From: Parcubacteria group bacterium GW2011_GWD2_38_12
GTDB taxonomy: Bacteria; Patescibacteriota; Minisyncoccia; GWC2-36-17
Reading direction: 5' to 3'
Assembly: GCA_000992345.1 (NCBI GenBank)
Contig: LBUA01000002.1
Location: 5,557 to 64,061, forward strand
DNA length: 58,505 bases
Part shown: piece by piece, positions 37,200 to 46,533 of the stretch
Numbering within the stretch: the stretch's first letter is position 1
Layout of the letters: each line of letters opens with the position of its first letter
Translations under genes and position numbers: made by a program
The notes under the pieces: model-generated
Told to the model about the DNA's origin: nothing
What the model saw: only the letters and a program-made list of their open reading frames with translations
Databases searched by the model: none

Positions 37200-38273
37200 A
37201 TGGCGAAAAATTATTATGATATTTTAGGCGTTCCGAAGGGAGCGTCAAAAGATGAAATAAAAAAAGCCTACAGAAAAATGGCTCATCAGTATCATCCCGA
37301 TAAAAAACACGGAAATGAGGCGAAATTCAAGGAGGCGAATGAGGCTTATCAAATTTTGGGTGATGATCAAAAGAGGGCGCAATATGACAGATTCGGCACT
37401 GGATTCAATGATAACTCCGGAGGCTCTTCTTCTCGAGGGGGATCATGGGGGGGCGACGGAGGTTTTAATGGTCAAGGTTTTGATTTTAGCGGTTTTGGCG
37501 GATTTGAAGATATTTTCGGAGAAATGTTCGGAGGCGGGAAAAGATCAAGAAGCCGCCGTGGCCAGGATATTAAAATGGATTTTGATATTGATTTGGAGGA
37601 TTCTGTTTCCGGTAAAGATGTGGAGGTGAATTTTAAGAAGGTATCATTATGTGATGAATGCAAGGGTCAAGGCGGATTTGATCCGGAAAATTGCGCGCGT
37701 TGTGGTGGAAGCGGACAAGTAAATCAAACCTTCAATAGCGTATTTGGCACAATGTCTCAAATTGTTTCTTGCCAGAAATGTCATGGCCAGGGGAAATTTT
37801 TTAAAAAAGTTTGCGGAGAGTGCCATGGTCAAGGAAGAGCAAAAAAGACAACTTTATTTAAAATGAGAATCCCAAAAGGGATTTTGGACGGAGAAATGAT
37901 TAAATTTTCAGGAGAAGGCGAGGCGGGTAATCATGGAGCTCTGGCAGGAGATTTATTTGTGCAGGCGCATTTTAAGCCCCACAAACATTTTAAATATGAA
38001 GGCGTGAATATCTATTATGATTTAACTATCGGTTTGACGCAGGCGGCGCTCGGCGATAAAATGGAAATACCAACTTTGTATGGAAGTGTAAAATTGAAAA
38101 TTGATCCGGGGACCCAGCCGCAGGATATAATTAAAATTTCCGGGAAGGGATTGCCCAAACGCGGTTCTTGGGGTGGACACGGCGATATGTTTGTGAAAAT
38201 AAAGGTATTAGTGCCGAAACATTTATCGCACAAACAAAGAGAATTGTTGGAGGAACTTAAAAAAGAAAGTTAA
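37200..38273 (+). CDS. dnaJ: molecular chaperone DnaJ
   Basis: J domain YYDILGV...YHPDK, a G/F-rich linker and four CxxCxGxG zinc-finger repeats. The start is set at [11 protein letters not shown]. Confidence 0.95.
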   Translation: MAKNYYDILGVPKGASKDEIKKAYRKMAHQYHPDKKHGNEAKFKEANEAYQILGDDQKRAQYDRFGTGFNDNSGGSSSRGGSWGGDGGFNGQGFDFSGFGGFEDIFGEMFGGGKRSRSRRGQDIKMDFDIDLEDSVSGKDVEVNFKKVSLCDECKGQGGFDPENCARCGGSGQVNQTFNSVFGTMSQIVSCQKCHGQGKFFKKVCGECHGQGRAKKTTLFKMRIPKGILDGEMIKFSGEGEAGNHGALAGDLFVQAHFKPHKHFKYEGVNIYYDLTIGLTQAALGDKMEIPTLYGSVKLKIDPGTQPQDIIKISGKGLPKRGSWGGHGDMFVKIKVLVPKHLSHKQRELLEELKKES

Positions 38274-38306
38274 AACAAAAATTGATAATTAGAAATTCTT
38301 AAAAGT

Positions 38307-39560
38307 ATGAAACAGTTACTTAAAACTATTATCATCACTTCTTTTTTCTCGTCTCTACTTGCCATTGGGTCTTTTGTTGGGTTGCTATATGGACTTAAAA
38401 ATACAGGAGTGGATTTTGGCGTGATGAATTTCTTGTCTCAATATCTTCCGGAAAAAGTAATTGAAAGAGAAACAATAAGGGAGCCGCAGATAATAGAAAA
38501 ATACATACCACAAACGACGCAGGAACAGATAATTGTGGATATTGTAAAAAAATCTCAAGACAGCGTTGTGTCTGTGGTTGCGACAAAAGATTTACCGGTG
38601 ATAGAACAATATTTTATTGATCCGTTTCAAGGGTTTGGCAATGATTTTTTTAGCGGTGGATTGCAAATACCTCAATATCGCCAAAAAGGTACGGAAAAAA
38701 AGGAGGTTTCTTCGGGCACTGGATTTATTGCGACAAGCGACGGACTGGTTTTGACAAATAAACATGTTGTGATGGAAGAAGGGGCGGAATTCACGGTTAT
38801 TATGAATAATGGCAATAAATATCCAGCAAAGGTACTTGCCAAAGATCCAATGCAAGATATTGCGATACTTAAAATAGAAAAAACAAATTTGCCGGCGGTG
38901 AAATTAGGGGATTCCGACAGTATTGAGGTTGGTCAAACTGTGGTGGCTATCGGCAATGCACTCGGCGAATTTAAAAATACGGTGTCTACTGGAGTTGTTT
39001 CCGGGCTTTTTAGGACGGTGACGGCCAGTGGCGGAGGCATGACGGAAACACTGGACGATTTAATTCAGACCGATGCGGCGATAAATCCGGGAAATTCCGG
39101 CGGACCGCTTTTTAATCTTTCCGGCGAGGTAATCGGCATAAATACCGCAATGTCGCAAGGCGCGCAAAATATCGGTTTTGCTTTGCCGATAAATAAAGCG
39201 AAAAAAGATTTGGATCAAGTCAAAAAAACCGGAAAAATCAGTCAGCCGTTTTTAGGAGTAAGGTATATTTTGATAAATAAAGAGATTCAACAGAAAAACA
39301 ATCTGCCCGTTGATTATGGCGCATTAATCGCAAAAGGAGAGAATCAAGCGGATGTCGCTGTTGTGCCCGGTTCCCCGGCGGATAAAGCTGGAATAATGGA
39401 AAATGATATTATTTTGGAGATTAACGGAAAAAAAATAACCAAAGACAGCACCTTGTCAAAACTTTTGCAGAATCATAATATTGGCGATTCCATAAAGCTG
39501 AAAATCTATCACAAAGGAGAAGAAAAGATTATTGAGGCGATACTCGCGGAAAGAAAATAG
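38307..39560 (+). CDS. htrA: HtrA/DegP-family serine protease with PDZ domain
   Basis: N-terminal TM segment. Catalytic blocks LVLTNKHVV, DIAILKI and GNSGGPLFN, plus a C-terminal PDZ domain. Confidence 0.9.
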   Translation: MKQLLKTIIITSFFSSLLAIGSFVGLLYGLKNTGVDFGVMNFLSQYLPEKVIERETIREPQIIEKYIPQTTQEQIIVDIVKKSQDSVVSVVATKDLPVIEQYFIDPFQGFGNDFFSGGLQIPQYRQKGTEKKEVSSGTGFIATSDGLVLTNKHVVMEEGAEFTVIMNNGNKYPAKVLAKDPMQDIAILKIEKTNLPAVKLGDSDSIEVGQTVVAIGNALGEFKNTVSTGVVSGLFRTVTASGGGMTETLDDLIQTDAAINPGNSGGPLFNLSGEVIGINTAMSQGAQNIGFALPINKAKKDLDQVKKTGKISQPFLGVRYILINKEIQQKNNLPVDYGALIAKGENQADVAVVPGSPADKAGIMENDIILEINGKKITKDSTLSKLLQNHNIGDSIKLKIYHKGEEKIIEAILAERK

Positions 39561-39668
39561 AAGAATTGCATTTTTTTAGTTTATTGTGATATAAAACAAA
39601 TACATACAGTTCTTTCAAAAATGGAGGCAAGCGATGGAAAGCAATTCATATAAACAGGGAGAAGGCAT

Positions 39669-39836
39669 ATGAGAAATATCAATACATCCGTGATGGACAT
39701 TATTACTATTGTTTTTTGCTTAGTGGCGGTTGGCGCGATTATTTATTCTGATGGCTACTTGCTTTTGGTGACTACAGCGGTAATTTTGCTTATTTTTTTT
39801 CTATATGCGGCTGTGGAATTTTTTTCTGGTCGATAG
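39669..39836 (+). CDS. small two-TM membrane protein (55 aa), not in ORF track
   Basis: gggagaagg lies upstream of the ATG. Sequence MRNINTSVMDIITIVFCLVAVGAIIYSDGYLLLVTTAVILLIFFLYAAVEFFSGR. A terminator follows at 39842-39874. Confidence 0.45.
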   Translation: MRNINTSVMDIITIVFCLVAVGAIIYSDGYLLLVTTAVILLIFFLYAAVEFFSGR

Positions 39837-39939
39837 ATTAAAACCTTTGCCTATAAAATGGGCAGAGGTTTTTAAATTTTAACTCAAAGCGCAATTAGTA
39901 AATTGATTTTTTATAATATTGGCAGTATATTATTTTGAT

Positions 39940-41289
39940 ATGAAAAAGAAAAAATTCATTCGACAAGCTCAAGACAAACCTGAAATTGTAGCTCCGGCTG
40001 GGAGCTTGGAGAAAATGAAATATGCGTTTAAATATGGAGCGGATGCCGTGTATTGCGGCATACCGGATTTTTCGTTGCGCGCTCGCATCAATATGTTCGG
40101 GACAAAAGAAGTGATTGAGGGCATCAGGTATGCGCATAAAAAAGGCAAAAAGGTTTATATTACAGTAAATATTTTTGCGCACAATGAGCATATCAATAAA
40201 TTGCCACAGTATTTAAAAATATTTAAGAAGGAACTTCCCGATGCTTTTATCGCGTCTGACCCGGGCGTGATAGCGATTATCAAAAGAGAATTGCCGAAGG
40301 CAAATATTCATCTCTCTACTCAAGCCAATTGCACTAATTGGCAGGCGGCGGAGGCGTGGCATAAACAAGGCGTCAAAAGAGTGGTGCTGGCCCGCGAGGT
40401 ATCTCTAAAAGAGATGAAAGAGATTAAAAAACGCGTGCCGAAATTAGAGCTGGAAGTTTTTGTTCACGGTGCGATGTGCATGGCGTATTCGGGCAGATGT
40501 TTGCTCTCGGCTTGGATGAGCGGCAGGTCAGCCAATCTTGGCGATTGCGCGCAAAGTTGCCGTTGGCAGTATAAAAAAGTAAAGAGTGAAAAAGGAAAAG
40601 TGAAAAGTGGCGGAGAAAATCAAGAAGAAAACAAAATTCTAATACAAGAAGAAACGAGAGGTGAGCCGATGGAATTGATTGAAGATGAACACGGAAGCTA
40701 TATTATGAATTCAAAAGATTTGTGTTTGATTGATTATTTAAAAGATTTAAAAAATGCTGGCATTGATGCGTTTAAGATAGAGGGTCGCGCCAAGAGCGTG
40801 CATTATGTGGCGACTGTGGTGAAGGCGTATCGCCAAGTAATTGACTCTGGATATAAAAAATCAGTAATTGAAAAATCAAAAGAAGAATTATATAAAAACG
40901 TAAATCGCGAATACACCAATGCTTTTATTAAAGGTAATTTCGGCCAAGGTATGCAAAATTATGAAAATCGCAGTATAGGGTCTGATTGGGAGTTTGTGGG
41001 ACAAACAATAGAAGTTGAAAGTTTAAAGTTTAAAGTTAAAAGTGGTGGAGAAAATGAAATTTTTGTGAAACCGCACAATGCGTTGTATGTGGGAGAGGGG
41101 ATTGAGATTGTACAGCCAAAAGGAAAAAATATTAAAATGAAAGTTGAAAAAATAATAAATGCGACAAATGGGAAAGAGGTTGATTCAATGCACGGCGGCG
41201 TGAAGGATTTGTTTATTATTAATGTCGGTCAAAAGGTAGAGCCGATGAGTATAATTAGAAAATACAAGAATCTAGAATCTAGAAAATAG
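39940..41289 (+). CDS. peptidase U32 family protein
   Basis: KPEIVAPAGSLEKMKYAFKYGADAVYCG...EVFVHGAMCMAYSGRCLLS, the typical U32 pattern. Contains two low-complexity inserts (KVKSGGEN). Confidence 0.85.
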   Translation: MKKKKFIRQAQDKPEIVAPAGSLEKMKYAFKYGADAVYCGIPDFSLRARINMFGTKEVIEGIRYAHKKGKKVYITVNIFAHNEHINKLPQYLKIFKKELPDAFIASDPGVIAIIKRELPKANIHLSTQANCTNWQAAEAWHKQGVKRVVLAREVSLKEMKEIKKRVPKLELEVFVHGAMCMAYSGRCLLSAWMSGRSANLGDCAQSCRWQYKKVKSEKGKVKSGGENQEENKILIQEETRGEPMELIEDEHGSYIMNSKDLCLIDYLKDLKNAGIDAFKIEGRAKSVHYVATVVKAYRQVIDSGYKKSVIEKSKEELYKNVNREYTNAFIKGNFGQGMQNYENRSIGSDWEFVGQTIEVESLKFKVKSGGENEIFVKPHNALYVGEGIEIVQPKGKNIKMKVEKIINATNGKEVDSMHGGVKDLFIINVGQKVEPMSIIRKYKNLESRK

Positions 41290-41315
41290 AATTTAGAATA
41301 TAATAAAATTAATAT

Positions 41316-41347
41316 AAAACTTCGCTTTTGGCGAAGTTTTATATTTT
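41316..41347 (+). terminator. rho-independent terminator
   Basis: aaaacttcgc-ttttg-gcgaagtttt followed by atatttt. Confidence 0.8.
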
Positions 41348-41569
41348 AAGCACCCTTAAAATCATCAAAACAAAAGAGGATATATTTTGCTCACCTGTTT
41401 TATGATAGAATTTAGTCGTATGAAAAACTACGCAAAAGTTTGAAATAGAAAAGGGAGAGTGGCGTACAGAACGCCATCAGTTTTTTGTTCTGCTCAAAAA
41501 ATTAAAACGCAAAAATCGAAAGCAAAAATTACAAATTACAAATCAAAATTACAAAGATTTTGAAATAAA

Positions 41570-41980
41570 ATGAAATCATATCAAATACTTCCCCATGTCG
41601 CTGATATTAGATTGAAAGTTGAAGCGGATAATTTACCGGAGCTTTTTATGGCGGCGATTGAGGGGATGATGACGATTATTAAAGAATCAAAGGCAGAAGA
41701 GCAAGAAAGAGAAAAGAGAATTATTGAGGTAGAGTCAGCAGATGCAACATCTTTGTTGATTGATTTTATGAATGATATTTTATATCAATCTCACACCAAT
41801 AAAGAAATTTATACAGAAGTTAATTTTTTAGAATTTTCAGAAAAGGCGCTTAAAGCGGAAATTTATGGCATAAAAGTGGATGATTTTGATGAAGATATTA
41901 AGGCGGTGACATATCACGAAGTGGAAATAAAGAAAAACGAAAAAGGGAATTTTGAGACGGTGATTGTGTTTGATATATAA
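41570..41980 (+). CDS. archease
   Basis: YQILPHVADIRLKVEADNLPELF...VKAVTYHEVEIKK, matching the archease family pattern. It lies directly upstream of rtcB. Confidence 0.88.
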   Translation: MKSYQILPHVADIRLKVEADNLPELFMAAIEGMMTIIKESKAEEQEREKRIIEVESADATSLLIDFMNDILYQSHTNKEIYTEVNFLEFSEKALKAEIYGIKVDDFDEDIKAVTYHEVEIKKNEKGNFETVIVFDI

Positions 41981-42003
41981 AAAATGTAAAGCGTAAAGCA
42001 ATA

Positions 42004-43452
42004 ATGCAAATCAATAAAGACAATTTAATAAAAATAAATGATTATCTCTGGGAAATTCCGAAAAGTTTTCGTTCTGATATGCGCGTGCCGGCGCGAGTGT
42101 ATGCGACAGAGAAAATGCTGGAAGAAATTTTAACTGATAGATCGCTCAATCAGTTGATAAACGTTGCGACTCTTCCCGGAATACAAAAATATGCGTTGGC
42201 GATGCCGGATATTCATGAGGGATATGGATTTCCAATTGGCGGAGTGGCGGCGATGGATTTTGAAACTGGCGTAATATCGCCTGGCGGAATCGGGTATGAT
42301 ATCAATTGTGGCGTCAGACTTTTGAAATCAAATTTATCTTTTAAGGATGTTGAGCCGTATTTAGAAAGTTTAGCGCGGGAATTGTATAGCGAAATACCGT
42401 CGGGCGTTGGAAGGGGAGGAAAATTAAGATTAAATGACGATGATTTTGATGAGGTTTTAAAGCGGGGCGCAAAATGGATGATAAATAAGGAATTTGGCAA
42501 AGAAAATGACGCGTATTTTCTGGAATCTTTCGGGTGTTTAGAAAATGCTGATCCGGATAAAGTGTCTAGTCACGCAAAATCCAGAGGCAAAGATCAGCTT
42601 GGCACAATGGGCGCGGGTAATCATTTTGTGGAGGTGGATAGGGTGCATAAAATCTTTGATGAAAAAATAGCGGAAATTTTTGGACTCAAGAAAGATCAAA
42701 TTGTTGTTTTGATTCACACCGGTTCGCGCGGATTCGGCCATCAAGTGGCAACTGATTATATTCGTATTATGATGCAAGCGATGCCAAAATACGGAATTAT
42801 TTTGCCCGACAGGGAGTTGGCTTGCGTTCCATTTTCTTCACCGGAAGGCAAAGCATATTTTGACGCCATGGCGGCAGCGGCAAATTTCGCTTGGGCCAAT
42901 CGCCAGATGATAACTCATGAAGTGCGCAAATCTTGGAAAAATATCTTGGGCGATGCCGGAGGGGAGCTCTCTGTTGTATATGATGTAGCGCATAATATCG
43001 CAAAAATAGAAGAATACTTTATGGAAGGCAAATATAAGAAGGTGATTATGCATCGCAAGGGAGCGACGCGCGCATTTGGACCTGGGCAGGAAGAAATAAT
43101 TAAAGAGTATCGCAGTGCTGGTCAGCCGGTTTTAATTCCCGGCAGTATGGGGACTGCTTCGTTTGTTCTTGTTGGCACAAAAGATAGTATGAAAGAATCA
43201 TTTGGATCATCATGCCACGGCGCGGGGAGGCGTATGTCGCGCCATGAAGCGAAAAGAGAAGTGCGAGGCAATGAATTGAGAGAGGAAATGGAAAGAGAAG
43301 GAATCCATGTGAAGGTCGGGTCTACTCCCGGTCTTGCCGAAGAAGCGCCACTCGCCTATAAAGATGTGCGTGAAGTCGTTGATGTGGTAGAGGGCGCGGG
43401 AATTGCTAAAAAAGTTGCCGAGTTAAAACCAATAGCGGTTATTAAAGGATAA
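42004..43452 (+). CDS. rtcB: RNA 3'-phosphate/5'-OH ligase RtcB
   Basis: MPDIHEGYGFPIGGV, GYDINCGVR, GAGNHFVE, HTGSRGFGHQ and the nucleotidylated-His region SSCHGAGR. Confidence 0.95.
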   Translation: MQINKDNLIKINDYLWEIPKSFRSDMRVPARVYATEKMLEEILTDRSLNQLINVATLPGIQKYALAMPDIHEGYGFPIGGVAAMDFETGVISPGGIGYDINCGVRLLKSNLSFKDVEPYLESLARELYSEIPSGVGRGGKLRLNDDDFDEVLKRGAKWMINKEFGKENDAYFLESFGCLENADPDKVSSHAKSRGKDQLGTMGAGNHFVEVDRVHKIFDEKIAEIFGLKKDQIVVLIHTGSRGFGHQVATDYIRIMMQAMPKYGIILPDRELACVPFSSPEGKAYFDAMAAAANFAWANRQMITHEVRKSWKNILGDAGGELSVVYDVAHNIAKIEEYFMEGKYKKVIMHRKGATRAFGPGQEEIIKEYRSAGQPVLIPGSMGTASFVLVGTKDSMKESFGSSCHGAGRRMSRHEAKREVRGNELREEMEREGIHVKVGSTPGLAEEAPLAYKDVREVVDVVEGAGIAKKVAELKPIAVIKG

Positions 43453-43536
43453 AATTTAATGTTATAATAATTTTATATTTAGCTAATTTTTCACTTTACA
43501 TTGGTGTTTTGCGCTTTGAATTTTAAATTTTTATAG

Positions 43537-45375
43537 ATGTCGCTCTCAAATAAAATAAATTTTATTTTAATATCTACGCTAGTCATTGTTTTGACGGTGG
43601 TTTTTTGGATTATTACCGATATTGAAAGCAAGAATCTAAAACAGCAGATTAAAGATGAAGCTGAAATTGTTACTTTTATGATGAGGGGGGATATTGAAAA
43701 AATGTTTATTCAGATTGGTAAAGAACAGAAATCTTTACAGTCGGTTGTTGATGAGTTTGGCTCCGTTTCGGGGATTGAATATATTAAGGTTTTTGATCCG
43801 TATGGATATTATGTGGCGGCTACGCAACATAATCTTATAGGCGAAAGGGCTGAAAAGGATGACATGGATATTTTAGAGGGAGTTATTCAAAGTCAACAAT
43901 ATGTTGAAAATAGAAAAGAGGAAAAAGATTTTTTCTATTTTGAGCAATTTATACCGATAAAATCGGATATTGATGACAAAAATTCAAGAGTTATTAATGT
44001 TATTGAAGTAGAAATAAGAACCAAATCTAAAAAACCCGAGGATGTCAGAGATGCGGGAAGATTATCACAGATGATTTCAATTGCTGTTGAGCAGAGCGCA
44101 AGGTTGGTGATATCAACAGGGGAATTTAATCTGCAATCGCTACAAGCAATCACTGATAATATGATGAGGTTTGGTTTTTTTCACGATACTTTTATTTTTA
44201 ATTATAATTTGGATGTCATTGCGGCGACTGCCGGGGATCGTGAAGAGCCGAATAAGGATTCGGAACAGTATAAACAAATAAGAAATGACATAATCTCCGG
44301 AAAAAGCGCTTCCGCCTCATATAATCGTATTCATGAGGGGCAAGAAGTTGAGGTTAATGTTATGCCGATATATTTAAATCCTCAGAATCGTTCTGAAATC
44401 GTTGGTTTAGTTGAGGTTCATAATATTGTAAACGCATTTCAAGATAGAATTAATGATCTGCGTTTTCGCATGGCCCTGGCCACCATTATTTTGATTATTG
44501 TTCTTGCCGTAGTTTTGGTTTTATTTTTGCGCCGGGAAATTATCGTTCCAATAAAAGAATATTCCGCGGTAGCTCAAAAAGTTGCGTCAGGTGATTTAAA
44601 TCAGCGCATTGAGAAAACATCAAAGGACGAAATTGGAAGATTCGGCGATGTGTTTAATCTCATGGTCAGTAATCTGAGAGAGCTGGATAAATTAAAATCC
44701 GAGTTTATATCAGTGGCTGCGCATCAATTGAGAACTCCGCTTTCTGCGGTAAAGTGGGCCGTTAAAATGGTCATTGATGGAGATGTCGGACCGGTGAATG
44801 AGGAGCAGAAGAATATCCTTGACCAAGGATATAAAAGTAATGAAAGAATGATTGCTCTCATAAATGATCTGCTTGACGTGTCAAGGATTGAGGCTGGGAG
44901 ATTTGAATATGAGTTTTTGGAAAGTTCACTTGAAGATTTGATTGAAACATCAATTCAGGAATTTCAGCAAATCGTAAAGCATAAATCTATAAGTCTGAAA
45001 TATCATAAGCCAGAAAAGCCATTGCCCAAAGTGAAAATGGATTCTTTAAAATTGAAAATGGTGATTGAGAATCTTGTTGATAATGCGGTTAAATATACAG
45101 CCCCGGGCGGGCAAGTGGAAGTGCTATTTAAATATTATAGGAGCATTATTGAGGTTATTGTATCGGATAGCGGCGTTGGCATACCAAAAGATCAGCTCCC
45201 GCAGTTGTTTTCCAAGTTTTTTCGCGCTAAAAATGTGATAAGAATGCAGACCGACGGCACCGGCTTGGGATTGTTTATCGCAAAAAAAATAGTGGAAGAA
45301 CACGGGGGAATTATCTGGGTGGAATCAGAAGAGGGAAGAGGCACTAAGATGCATTTTACGTTGCCAATTGCATAA
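43537..45375 (+). CDS. sensor histidine kinase (extracytoplasmic domain, HAMP, HisKA, HATPase)
   Basis: Two TM segments, a HAMP region (VASGDLNQRIE), H box FISVAAHQLRTPLS, N box DNAVKYT and G boxes DSGVGI and GTGLGL. Confidence 0.85.
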   Translation: MSLSNKINFILISTLVIVLTVVFWIITDIESKNLKQQIKDEAEIVTFMMRGDIEKMFIQIGKEQKSLQSVVDEFGSVSGIEYIKVFDPYGYYVAATQHNLIGERAEKDDMDILEGVIQSQQYVENRKEEKDFFYFEQFIPIKSDIDDKNSRVINVIEVEIRTKSKKPEDVRDAGRLSQMISIAVEQSARLVISTGEFNLQSLQAITDNMMRFGFFHDTFIFNYNLDVIAATAGDREEPNKDSEQYKQIRNDIISGKSASASYNRIHEGQEVEVNVMPIYLNPQNRSEIVGLVEVHNIVNAFQDRINDLRFRMALATIILIIVLAVVLVLFLRREIIVPIKEYSAVAQKVASGDLNQRIEKTSKDEIGRFGDVFNLMVSNLRELDKLKSEFISVAAHQLRTPLSAVKWAVKMVIDGDVGPVNEEQKNILDQGYKSNERMIALINDLLDVSRIEAGRFEYEFLESSLEDLIETSIQEFQQIVKHKSISLKYHKPEKPLPKVKMDSLKLKMVIENLVDNAVKYTAPGGQVEVLFKYYRSIIEVIVSDSGVGIPKDQLPQLFSKFFRAKNVIRMQTDGTGLGLFIAKKIVEEHGGIIWVESEEGRGTKMHFTLPIA

Positions 45376-45446
45376 AATTCTGGTAGAATTCTAATAACTA
45401 ATAATCAACAACTAACAGTTGACAATTGACGAAGTTCAGTTAAATG

Positions 45447-45480
45447 TTTCCGCCAGAAGCGGATCCGCTTCTGGCGGAAA
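45447..45480. repeat. perfect 34-nt GC-clamped palindrome
   Basis: tttccgccagaagcg-gatc-cgcttctggcggaaa lies between the kinase and regulator genes, inside the ORF-track N-terminal extension. Confidence 0.9.
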
Positions 45481-45509
45481 ATGTTAATAGTCAAATGTTC
45501 GCAAAGCGT

Positions 45510-45890
45510 ATGGTTCAAAAAGTTTTAATAATTGAAGACGAGGATGTGCTTAGAAATGTATTGGCTAAAAAATTAGAAAAAGAGGGCTATGAAGTAATTG
45601 TTGCGGCTGATGGAGAGGCGGGGATGAATAGTATCAGAAACGAAAATCCCGACATGATTTTACTTGATATTATGTTGCCCAAAAAGAATGGTTATCAAAT
45701 CCTGGAAGAAATGCACGGAGACGAGGAGTTAAAGAAAATCCCTGTTTTGGTTATTTCCAATTCCGGCCAGCCGGTGGAAGTTAGAAAAATATTGGAATTA
45801 GGCGCTTGCGATTATTTAGTGAAAGCCGATTTTGAACCCCAGGAAGTCATTGATAAAATGAGAACCTGTCTTAGTTCAAAGGGGTTATAA
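45510..45890 (+). CDS. single-domain response regulator (CheY-like receiver)
   Basis: KVLIIEDEDV...MILLDIMLPKKNG...PVLVISNSG...DYLVKA. The start is set at MVQKV, downstream of the palindrome. Confidence 0.8.
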   Translation: MVQKVLIIEDEDVLRNVLAKKLEKEGYEVIVAADGEAGMNSIRNENPDMILLDIMLPKKNGYQILEEMHGDEELKKIPVLVISNSGQPVEVRKILELGACDYLVKADFEPQEVIDKMRTCLSSKGL

Positions 45891-45924
45891 TTTAATTATT
45901 AGCTGATAATTAACAAATAAAAAT

Positions 45925-46479
45925 ATGAAAATTATTTATATTATTATTGCAATTATTGCAATAATAATTGTTTGGTTTATTGCTGTTTATAATGGTTTTG
46001 TGCGTTTGGTCAATCGCACCAAAGAAGCGTGGGCAGATATAGATGTTCAGCTCAAAAGGCGATATGATTTGATTCCTAATTTAGTTGAGACCGTGAAAGG
46101 ATATGCGGCTCATGAAAAGGGAGCATTTGAAGCCGTTACCAACGCTCGCGCAAAAGCTCTTGGCGCGCAAACAGTTCAAGAAAAAGAAGTGGCGGATAAT
46201 ATGGTGACCTCGGCTTTAAAATCTATTTTTGCGATTGCTGAAGCATATCCTCAACTAAGAGCCGTTGAAAGTTTTACAAAACTGCAGGATGAGCTTTCTG
46301 ATACGGAAAATAAAATACAAGCCGCCCGTAGATTTTATAACGGCAATGTCCGCGACTTAAACACCAAAATAGAAATGTTCCCTTATAACATTATCGCCGG
46401 AATGTTCGGATTCCAAAAGCAGGAATTTTTTGAGTTGGAACAAAGCGAGGCAAAAGAACCGGTAAAAGTTAGCTTCTAA
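45925..46479 (+). CDS. lemA: LemA family protein
   Basis: N-terminal TM segment, then YNGFVRL...AWADIDVQLKRRYDLIPNLVETVKGYA...RRFYNGNVRDLN. Confidence 0.9.
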   Translation: MKIIYIIIAIIAIIIVWFIAVYNGFVRLVNRTKEAWADIDVQLKRRYDLIPNLVETVKGYAAHEKGAFEAVTNARAKALGAQTVQEKEVADNMVTSALKSIFAIAEAYPQLRAVESFTKLQDELSDTENKIQAARRFYNGNVRDLNTKIEMFPYNIIAGMFGFQKQEFFELEQSEAKEPVKVSF

Positions 46480-46533
46480 AAAAATTATTAATGAAGCGCA
46501 AGGCATTATTAATTTAGATTTTATGTTCAATCT

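Noticed and set aside
37315-37629. 104-aa alternative-frame ORF inside dnaJ, 30716-30976 overlapping the 30765 gene, 10256-10480 inside ftsH, and 57521-58450 ORFs overlapping rpoD
   Set aside because: All are embedded in or antisense to confidently identified conserved genes, and they lack initiation signals.
32601-45509. N-terminal extensions given by the ORF track for hrcA (32601), dnaK (34093), dnaJ (37179), the U32 peptidase (39919) and the response regulator (45444); likewise GT2 genes (51428, 52347)
   Set aside because: The extensions are encoded by spacer-type repeats or palindromes (for example the 34-nt palindrome at 45447-45480). They precede Met or TTG codons that align with the conserved N-termini of the families, so internal starts were used. 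They remain unverified.
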